Assembly (NCBI GenBank): GCA_040285825.1
Contig: JAUPSS010000009.1
Location: forward strand, 884,808-948,807
Origin: Eukaryota sp. TZLM1-RC
Taxonomy: Eukaryota > Protista > Metamonada: BaSk clade
Direction: 5' to 3'
DNA: 64,000 nucleotides
A model generated the notes under the pieces. The model saw only the letters and a list, made by a program, of their open reading frames with translations, was not told the origin of the DNA and searched no databases. Made by a program: the position numbers and the translations under genes. Positions within the stretch are counted from its first letter, which is position 1. The number at the start of each line of letters is the position of its first letter. Shown in pieces: positions 38,201 through 47,869 of this stretch.

Positions 38201-41200
38201 CCTGGGGGGTCTTCTAACTCTGACGTCTTCATTGTAGAAGTTGATTTCCATGGGAGGGCAATCAATACCTTCAGCATGAGGCTTGAGGGTAAAAACGTCT
38301 TCGAACTCTTTCAAAGTTTGAAGTAGGGACTTCTTGAAATGGTCGTTGTCGAGGTTGATGGTACAACCAGATGAGTTGATGTGTTCCAACCAACGTGTGG
38401 AAACGTTGACGACTTCTGAAGCTTGCGATATTCGATGGTCGAATTCGGCTTCAGGTAATAGTAGTGTACGACAGGCGTCGTCCATTCTAATGTAAATGCC
38501 CTTGTTGTTCATCAGCCCAAGGTGACTCAACAAGTCAGCACCAATGAGAATGGTCTCATGTCCAGGAACGATGCTGAACATGTGTTTCACGTGTACAATC
38601 TGGGTAACACTACCTAGTCTAATGCTAAGGGTTCCAGAAGCAGTTCCAAGGGACTGTGAGGTAGTTCCATCAGCAATCTTGTATGATATGGTTTCGTTGG
38701 AACGCCCCATGTTACAGTTACTGATGACGTCTTCCGTGACTACTGAGCATGTTGCACCAGAGTCAATTATGCCTTTAACTTCGACATTGTTGATCAAGAA
38801 GTTTAATTGTAGGCAGTTGTGATTCATGGATTGTACCATAAAAATTGTATCACAATCATGTCCATTTAAGTCGGCTTGTTCTGAGAAGAAGTTAGCCTGA
38901 CTGTTGGGTATTTTGGTAGTTTCCAAGTTGGCAAGTGGATTGATTAGAGAATCTTTCCATGCTGAACTTTCTGTGTGTGGTTGTGTTGTTGTAGGGGGTA
39001 TGGTTTCTAAAGTACATAAATAGTGACGGGAACGTTTATTGTAAGAAGAGCCTCTGCCTCTGCCGCGAGTACCTCTTCGACTACGGAAACCAGAACCTCT
39101 AGAACTTCTACCTCAAGCTTGTTGTTGAGCTTGTTGCTCTCTCCATTTCTTGCTCCTTTGGCAGTCTTCACTGGGACACCTTTCGGTCGGATGGCCCTTT
39201 TGCTTACAGAAGTTGCATTGGACATCAGCGGCCTGGGCAGACGATTGTGGTAGGCTTCCTCCTCTCTTACTTTGTTTGGGGCGTTTACCTGGACCAGAAC
39301 CTCGTGATCTGGGGATGTCAGGTGGGGAGGGAACGACCATGGGAGGTCGGCGAGAGGCCTGCTGGTGATTTACTTGGTTCTGATAGGTGAAATCGACATG
39401 GTTTAGCTGTTCCATGAACGATCTGGCGTTACAAAAATTCTAGTATTCAATTTGGAGAACACTAAAGAATTCACCAAGGGTGTGACCATCAGATGAGTAA
39501 TGAGAGGGAGAGGACCAGATCCTGAGGAGTCTGTTCCTGATAGGGATAATTCCTACGCTTTCTAGGACATGAGTAGCGACTACCCAGTCTGAAAGTCTAT
39601 CCGCTGGAGGGTGGAGCTTATGGAGAATGTTCTCAATTGATGAGAGATGCCCCTAAACTCTTGGATGGCAGTGAAGCGAGTCAGAACTCTGCCAATGTTG
39701 ACCATGAAGTCAATCCATCTATTGCCATAATCTCTTTCCGACCAGTCCATGTTAGTTGCGAGGAGAGCTCGATTAGCCTCATCCAGTCTGCTGAATTGGG
39801 TTCTTCTCAGAATTTGAGCCCAAATTATGCGTTCGTCTCTTGAGGTAGGAACCGTGGGAGAAGACATAGCTAGGTGAGCACCTTGATATCTTAACGCATT
39901 TAGCACCTCAGGGGTGACACATTCAGCGAGGCCTCGGGGGTTGATCCTCATGGCTTGACGGAACAAGTCCCATTCGTGAACTGGTTCTCCAGTGATGTTA
40001 CCAAAATACTCATTTGTCGATGGTTGGGAACCTTCTCTAGCTAGTTCTAATTCTTCACGTAGTCTGGCAACTTCGTTGGCTAGAGCTATCTGGGCTGGAT
40101 CCTCAACGTTGCCTCTTGTTTCTCTTAGGACTCGGTCGGTACGACTCCAGAGAATGAATTTGTTGACAAACTTCAGAAGTTTATCAGCGTCTCTCAAATC
40201 GGAAGCTTCAAGATATGGACGTTTAAGGCGGTCCCTACGTCTGTCATCTCGATCTCTTGATCCAATCATTGAAGAAAGGAGAAGGCTACTTTCGTATGTG
40301 CCCGAGAAGGGTGATTGATGAGAGGAAATAGAGGTTGTTGAACCTGTCGTGGAAGGTGTAGGTTGGGGTTGAGGGGCTCGACTAACGGGAGTGATGGGAG
40401 CAGGTACTGCATCAGAAGATGTGATGGGAGTGGGTGATTCACTGCTCACAGTGATGGCGTCGTCGTCGGCTTGTTCCATAGCAGATTGGTTGGGATTAGG
40501 GGTTTCCGTGGTAGAAAATGAATCAGTTTCCATAGGAGGTTGTGATGATTCAGAAGCTTGAGCGGAGGAAGATGGAGCTTCACTCCGTTGAGGTTGGGGT
40601 TGGGCAGAAGGTTCTGTCTCTTCAATCTGGGCTGGGACCTGATAAGAAGAGATCGCTGGTTGGACCAAGCGTGTCTTTTCAATTCGACCTTCAACCATGA
40701 CCCATTTTAACATCCTGGATTCTATGCATCCAGGGAAAACCGTGACGAGCTGGAGAGTTCTTTGAAGATTGCCCGATCTTCTGTGGTCAGGACCACAATA
40801 TGAAGCTATATGGTCAGGACGTCTGTCGTAAAGGAAGAGTCTTTCACCATATGTGGTTTCGGTAAACCACCACCCTGTTCTATAATCTCTGTCGATGAGG
40901 ATATCGAGAGATGCGTTGTACCCAGGGCTGAACCTAGGGTATGGGCAAGGGTTGTGAACATTTATGAAGAGGTTGTCTTCTTCTCCAGCGAAGCGTCTGA
41001 ATACTCCTTCTCGAGTAGTTCTCATGAACCTAACTCCGGGTCTTGGTTCATAAGTTGGTTCAGGGTCATTCCTGGAGGTTTCTGGGGTGATCCTTTCATC
41101 GGAAAGAAATGGACCAATTCTGGGAGAGATCCATAATCCTAAGTCGTTCTCGACTTTGGGACCGTAGAAAGGAGGCCGTTTATTGCTCATTTCCGTGGGA

Positions 41201-42342
41201 GGGATGGCTTCTGGATCCCCTGGAATGACTCGTGTGTCCCTATATCTAGCGTAAGGGTTGTGCTGACGGGAAGCACCATGATAAACACTTGAGCTAGCGT
41301 AGGAGCTAGTTTGAGAAGGGGTAAGTTGAGCAGGTGTAGAGGATGTTCCTCTTCTAGCTTCAATCTCTCTGTCCAATCTTTTTCTGTGTTCCCAGTTTCG
41401 TTCTTCTTGGAGAAAACGCTCTATATATTCTTTAGAGACCTCACCAGGAATTTTGTCAATTTCAGAAGAAGGTGCCGTGGGAGGGACCTGATGTTGAGGT
41501 AGAGGGGAGAATTCCTTGGGAGGTTCCTCGTACTCAACCAAATCTGAAAAGATTTGTTCGTACCTTTTCCTTTGCTCTTCGGAAAGATACGAAGGAAGGT
41601 TAGAAAGGCTAGGAATGGGATCACTAGCCTGGTGAGGGGAAACAGATAGATTATTAACTCCACTAACTGTTGAAGTCAGAGGAGACCCTGAAGCTGGAAC
41701 AGCAGGATTTTGAATGTTCCTCCTAACAGTTGGAACTGGAGGGAGGAGCTGTTGAGAATGAGAGGGTGGAACCTCAGAACTAGATGGAAGGGATGAAAAT
41801 GGTACTTAAATGGCCTTCTTAGAGGAGGAAGAAGGTTGGTCTTCCAATCCTTCCTTTGCGGTGAGAAAAGGTTGAACAGTCTCTCTGCTCTGAGTAGAAG
41901 GTGAAGGTGGTACTTCAGAGCTTCTTTCAGGGAGGGGAGAAGATGGGACTTCAGATGCCCTCAATTGCGAAGGAGGAAGAGGAGCAACGAAATCCTCTAC
42001 ATCCTCGTCGTCGTAGAAGACCAACGAAGGACTTATTCCTTCCGAAGGAACAGAATCCTTGGGAGGGTTGTCTCCTTCCACAGGAACGGATTCCCGAGGA
42101 GGGGAACTTCCTTCCATGGGAACGGAATCCTCTGGAAGGGAACTGTCTTCCTTTGGGATGGAACCCTCAGGGAGAGTTGCTTCAGGAAGCGCAGAAGCTT
42201 CAACCGAAGAAGGAGGCACGGAAGCTGGGTCTGTGGTTAGTGGTGAGGAAGAGGGACCAGTCTCTTCCTCGTGGATCCTACGTCGAGCCTCAGGGGACCC
42301 AATACGTATTGATGGTCTTGGCTGTTGGTTATTGTCTGACAT
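35209..42342 (-). pseudogene. Single gag-pol reading frame (~2,370 codons) with three in-frame stops and several indels
   Basis: CNFCKQKGHPTERC knuckle; protease IIDSGAT; RT LDLPKAFWQ and YIDD; RNase H SCDAS..MELYA..TDH; integrase HHCC, DSFSRF, SDNG, NGLVER, GPF; chromo-like EEHIIEKVL..FYQVQW. The frame continues through TAA 41806, TAG ~39440 and TGA 39113. Confidence 0.88.
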
Positions 42343-42463
42343 ACAATGTAGAGTAACAGAAGTGTAATTTATTACGAAGAGGAATTGTATTCTCTCTTCT
42401 TAAGCTAACAGGCAGAATACTAATAACTAAACTATTAACTATAAATACTATTCAAGACTAACA
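42310..42463 (-). repeat. 5' LTR, 154 bp
   Basis: Identical to 35061-35214; contains the ATG (42342) of the first ORF. Confidence 0.96.
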
Positions 42464-45400
42464 CTATGAGATTTACACATACAATATAACTGGTCTCTTA
42501 CAGCATCATGAACCTTGCTTCTAAAAGTAATAAAATGTTTACAATTTAACAAATGAGTAGTTGTAATTTCTCGAGAACATTTACAAATTAAATTATGAGG
42601 TAAATTATCAGGCCAGATAAAGGACCGAAATCTCATATTCAGAGTCCAAGCAGAATCGGATAAGAGAGTACCATAAACTTGTGGAATTGTTGTTACTAAG
42701 GCAGAAGAAGTACTGTCACACATATCTTGTAAAAGATTTGCAAAAGCGGGATTCTTTTTCTTGGCCAAGCCAAGTCTAACATCAAAATCCAAGCTTTCAA
42801 AAATCTTTGACAATTTTTGTTGAAGCTTTTTTACAGCAAAACTGTAAATTAAATAGAGATCGGTTTGGAATTTCTTGAATTGATTGAGGAAAACATTTGG
42901 TCCAAATTTGTGGCGGTAATTTTTTTCAAGTTCACAAGATAACTCATACAAATAGGGACTACAATTGGGGACTAACAGATGAGAATCATCAGGAAATCTA
43001 CGAGAAAATTCATAAATAAAATTTTTGCCACCACCCAAGAATGCTGATTGACACAAAATTGAAGATTTAGTAAAAACCAATACCACCCAAATTGGCTGAA
43101 GAAAAATAAATGGCTTTTCAACATTCCTGGTTCTACATCCAATAAATCAGCAAAAAAATTCTGTTCTCAATGAATTGAATGAACGACAAAAAAATCTAAT
43201 GCTATGGAAGGAGCACAAGATCTCAAAATGTGGGTTATTCTCCCAGTGTAGCAAATTTTAAGCATGAAAAAAATTTAATATGCTTTTCTATATCTAAAGA
43301 AGAAATTGAATCAAGTTCAATTTTCATTTTTTCCAAAATAACTTGCAATTCATTCTGAATTTGAGGCACATTTCTAACCAACAACCAAGGAACTTAAAAA
43401 AACATCACTACTATAATTAGTAAAAGGGACAATAGAATCGTTTATCACGAGGTCTTGAGCAGAAGAGCCAATCAGAAGGCATTTGCTGGCATTAAGATGA
43501 AGCCCAATATTTTCATATGAATCGGCAATTTCTTGAGCAACCAATTCTAGTAAATCAAATGAACCAATCAAGGATATATCATCCATATAAGCAACTATTT
43601 TTTTATAGAAGGGTATTTTTTTGCTTAATGATATTTAAAGTTTTGTGAATAGCTAAACAAAACAATAATGGGCCTACAGGATCTCCCTGCTTCACTCCAG
43701 AAGATGATTTAAGACCAAATGAATTAAAAATTAAATCTGATTCTTTCCCATAAAAATGGTAGAAAAAAACTCGATAGCTCAGGAAAATCAGATTTAATAA
43801 CTTCAAAAATTGCTTCTCGCTTTACAGAATTAAAAGCATTTTTAAAGTCGAGATTAAAAATAAAATTATTTTCCTCTGCATTAAAAAAGGTATCAGAGGC
43901 AATAGCAGCAACAGAAGCACCATCAATTGTTTTGATTCCAAATTGATGAGGATTCAAAAATGTAGAAGCTTTGTCTTTGACACGATCGAAGACAATTGAT
44001 GCTAGCAAACGAGAAAGAGATTCACCAACAGCAATTGGGCGTATTCCATCAGGTTTGATTCCGTTTTCAGGCTTTACTAACGCAATCAGACGTGCTGCGA
44101 GTAATTCAAATGGAGGATTAATTTTCAAAACAATTAATTGTTGAAAATAATGGGCTAGATCATCAGCAATTTCGGGAGCACTGGAACACGCTATTTTTAA
44201 CAGATCAAAAGAAACTTCAGATGGGCCTGCTGCTTTCCCCTTTGGCAATTTTTGAATAGCTTTAAGAACTTCAATTGCAGTAATAGGATTTTCAATCCAA
44301 AAAGGACACACTTCAGGCTTGCTGCACTTGAAATTTTCTTGAGGATGCAACTTTTGAAGTTTTTCAAGGGTATCAGAGTTTGCATCAGCCAAAGAAGAGG
44401 AAAACAAAGACTGCTTTGCGGCACCATAACGACCACGTAAGCACAATTTTCGGCAAATTTTTGATTTTACAATTTTTCTATTTCCAAATTTTTTCTTAAA
44501 ACAATTTTTGTTTTTTCTAGCAAAAATATTTCCAGAAGGATGAAAGATTCGACTTATTATTTTTTTCAATTCAGAAGTAAAATTTCTCATTTCCATTGAG
44601 AAGGGGATTGTGCTGGCGGGACTTATTTCTACTGGGATCCGGATCGGGGTCTTACGGTATCAACGGCTTTACAATTCGTACAAAACAGAAGTTTTTCGAC
44701 CATTTCGTGAATCTGCAACATCCTTTTTGCAAAATGGACAACAAAAAAATCACTGTTTTTCAGAAGGGGAAGAAGAGGGAACACTAAAAGCATTTAACTG
44801 TTGATCGTCAGAAACATTATTTTTCAGCACCTTTCACAACGGCAACAGCTGGAACAGAACATTTGAGAATTTGTTGAGCAGATTTTTAATTCAAATTCTC
44901 TTTTTTTGTTTTTCAGGGCACGTTCTCGAATTATGACCACTGATACCACAAATCGAACATTTTTTAGAACCTTTTAATGGCAGTGGTTTCATTTTTTCAG
45001 TTCTTTCAATTTTGTCAATTTGTGAGTTAAAAGTAGAAAGAGACTTTTGACTTTTTGCAGTTTCAGCTGGAGAAAACAAATTTCGAGAAACGGAGTTGTT
45101 AATAGAACGCGCAACAGAACGCAAGGAACGTAATGGTGGTTTTTCTGTGTTTTTTCTGGTACAATGATCAGTTTTTGAATGAAAATTTTTTTGAGATGAA
45201 TTTCGAGCATAGCTTGTATTGTGGGGAGAGTGGGGAAGTGGAGAGGATGAGCTTGATCTGACTGGTAGAATCTTTGCTTGGGCGTTCCAATCAGTATCAG
45301 AGTCACTATCAGCCAAAGGCATCGTTTTGACAGAGAAACAGTACGACTTTGACGCCTTGACAGAAAGTGAAATATGAAAGGGTTGACTAAAGGAGGGAGA

Positions 45401-46675
45401 AAAAAAAAGGGAGGGCGAACATGTTTCAATTCTTTTAAAGGATTTGCATACTTTTTCCGTTTGTACAATTCGGAGTCATCAAGGGGGGATACTTCGGATT
45501 GAGCATTTTTCAAGGCATTTTTCTTGCAAACATCCACTGTTACGACATCAACAACATTCATGACATCATCAAACGAGGGCACAACAACATCAGCACGTCG
45601 TTTTCCATATTCTGAATCTCTTACGCTTTCATTTATATCAAGAGACCTCAACAAAGGTTCTACAAAAGATTCAATATGATAGGAATTACACATTGCATGG
45701 ATTTGATCTCTGACTGCATCATGCAACGTAGAACGATAGGAAATATATCTATTACAATTAAATAAATGTGATAATGTCAAACCAGCTCCACATTTACAAA
45801 ACAAATCATTGGGCAAATTACAAGGCCATAAATAACAACGCATTCTCATAGCAGTGGTCCATTGGTCGTCATTCAAAAATAGACCATAAATCTGGGGAAT
45901 TTGATTTATCAAAACTGCAGATGAACTGTCCTTCAAATTAATCAAAAAAATTGGCAAAAAGCAGGATTTTCTTTCTTAGCCGTGCTAAGTCGAACAATGA
46001 AATCCTTGTTTTCAAAATTTTTCAAAAGATGTCGTTGGAGCTTTTTTTCAACGCAAATTTTAATGAATATAAACTTCTGTCTGGAATTTCTTGAATGGAT
46101 ATGGGGAAACATGATTGCCATAAGTCGGGAGATAAACTGGATATTTCTTCTCTTAAGTTATCCAGGAATAGGCTATTTGTATTTTTCAAGAAGATTTTCG
46201 GCAAAGGATATCTTCTAGAGAATTCAAATACAAAAATTTTTTTCCACCACCAATAAAATGCAGCTTTGGTCAAATATTTTGATGAATTGAATCCAACACC
46301 GCCAAGTTGAACATCAGAAAAAAATATGATTTTTTTCAAAAATTATCGTGTTTACTGGCAAAACAGGATTGTATTTTCTATTTTTTTAAGGGAATGGTGA
46401 AACTGATTTCTGATTCACTTTCTTCTTTTGGGAAATTTTCTGAATCTTTAGCAATTAATTGTTTTGATGTAGGGGAGGCAGGTTTTGAGGATGTAGAGTT
46501 TTTAATTGTGTATTTCATATTTGTTGTTGAATAAAAAAATAAGGATGATGTAAAAAACTGATAACATCATCCTTTGAAACATCAATTTGGAGACAAATTA
46601 GTTCTCTTCTCACAAGCATTTTGTTTATTGTTCAATTTGACTTGACCATCAGCAGATGTTCGCATTTCTCTTCTC

Positions 46676-46912
46676 ATGAAAAGCTTGCTGTCGCCTTTAA
46701 ACCGCTCTTGGAGCTTCTCAGACGGCCGCTTAGTAATGGAAATAGAAAGTTTGTGATCTCTTTACTGAAGGTTTGGTTAGTTGTTCTTGAGATAGAATTC
46801 TCATTCTTCTTATTGGATGTTGTTGCTGGTTCAAACAATCGTATGTGTGATGAAAAGCTTGCTGTCGCCTTTAAAACGCTCTTGGAGCATCTCAGACGGC
46901 CGCTTAGTAATG
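46676..46912 (+). repeat. 63-bp in-frame direct repeat within unit X (46676-46738 and 46850-46912)
   Basis: Two mismatches; both copies encode EKLAVAFKxLLExLRRPLSN. Confidence 0.9.
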
Positions 46913-47869
46913 TCAATCATGTACTTTTTTGCTTTGTGCTGGTTGTTCAGTGTCTTTTTGGAGTATTGACTACTAGTAGTGGAGTAGTTGGATGAGGAAT
47001 TTCTGAATTGTCGTAGTATTTAGCTCATTTAATAATAAAAGTATTTTAAGGTAAAAAAAATTGTGCCAGAAATTGAAGTTCAATTCTTTTCCTGCTCTTT
47101 TTTTTATTAAACTTCTGAAACCTTCAAGAAATTTAATGCCAGATATTCCAATGTTACCAAAAAGAGAAACAGCAAATGGAACCAACTGATACTTGACATG
47201 ATCAACACGTCCTAGCTGAGATAAGGGTTCATTGTACATTTTGATTTTGCTCTTTTCAGCAAAGCAAAGTGGAGTTTCATCTCCTTTAGCAAAATCAATT
47301 GCTGAGTCTTTACAAACATCAACAGTGACAACATCAACAACTTTAATAACACCATCAGACCCAGGGGTAATTAAATCAGCACAGCGTTTCCCAAAAATAA
47401 AATTAAATTTTAAAAAAAAAGCGTTTCCCAAAAGTATTTTCATCTTCATTTTCAGATGACAACCTTCGCACAAGTGGTTCAACAAAAGCTTCAATGTGAT
47501 GACTTTTGCACATAGCGTATATTTGGTCTCTAACAGCCTCGTGAATAACTGAGCGATATGTCATATTAAATTTGCAATTAAATAAATGATTCAGATTAAT
47601 GAGCTGACCACAAAGACAAATCAAATCATTTGGCACACTACATGGCCACAGAAAACACCTCATCCTAAAGGCAGTTGTCCATTGATGATCATTTAATTAT
47701 AGACCATATACATTTGGAATCTGGGAAATAAGACAACTTTGTGAGGAGAGATGCATTCAATTTCATTCTGCAAGAACATTAAATAGTCACTAACACAATA
47801 TTCTATTAAATGTTGGTTTTCAGGAAAACGTTTCAAAAATTCAAAAACGAAATTTTTGCCTCCACCGAT

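Larger units (their letters stand above)
35061..42463 (-). mobile_element. Ty3/Gypsy LTR retrotransposon with a C-terminal chromo-like domain
   Basis: Identical 154-bp TG...CA LTRs; 4-bp TSD ctat (35057-35060 and 42464-42467); PPT gaaagagaggaaaaggcag abutting the 3' LTR; domain order PR-RT-RH-IN. Confidence 0.97.
34490..45408 (-). mobile_element. Family A copy 3, full length (~3.5 kb net), interrupted by the Gypsy element
   Basis: 5' T9CTCCCTCC; ORF start MPLADSDSDTDW at 45322; knuckle CSICGISGHNSRTC; GIRPIAVGE; stop at 34522; A-tail. Confidence 0.92.
34276..46344 (-). mobile_element. Family B 5'-truncated copy (34276-34490 plus ~45415-46344) nested in D
   Basis: 12-bp TSD atcgtgtttact (34264-34275 and 46345-46356); inverted match to 51265-52490. 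About 95 bp are missing where A copy 3 inserted. Confidence 0.85.
34025..46556 (+). mobile_element. Family D 3' fragment (34025-34275 plus 46357-46556) nested in X
   Basis: 14-bp TSD actgataacatcat (34011-34024 and 46557-46570); ends GFEDVEF with AATAAA and an A-tail. Confidence 0.85.
33851..47059 (+). mobile_element. Retroposed poly(A) unit X, ~660 bp net (33851-34024 plus 46571-47059), with a 185-aa ORF; retrocopy or non-autonomous retroelement
   Basis: Flanked by TSD attgtgcc(a)gaaatt; begins T-run/CTTCCCCC; ends AATAATAAAA...A8. The ORF from ATG 33892 continues in frame at 46571 to TGA 46995 once the inner insertion is removed. Confidence 0.75.

Noticed and set aside
42280-42301. tRNA-like 3' end (tcgagcctcaggggaccca) as a canonical PBS
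   Set aside because: The TCGA-to-CCA spacing is 3 nt too short for a standard tRNA, and the site is offset 8 nt from the LTR.
35209-42342. Alternative genetic code suggested by in-frame stops in gag-pol
   Set aside because: All three stop types appear once each, and TAG and TGA end intact genes (fibrillarin, the Cys-rich peptides). Point mutations are the simpler explanation.
36381-42367. Plus-strand ORFs inside the Gypsy element
   Set aside because: Antisense shadows of a relatively GC-rich gag-pol frame.
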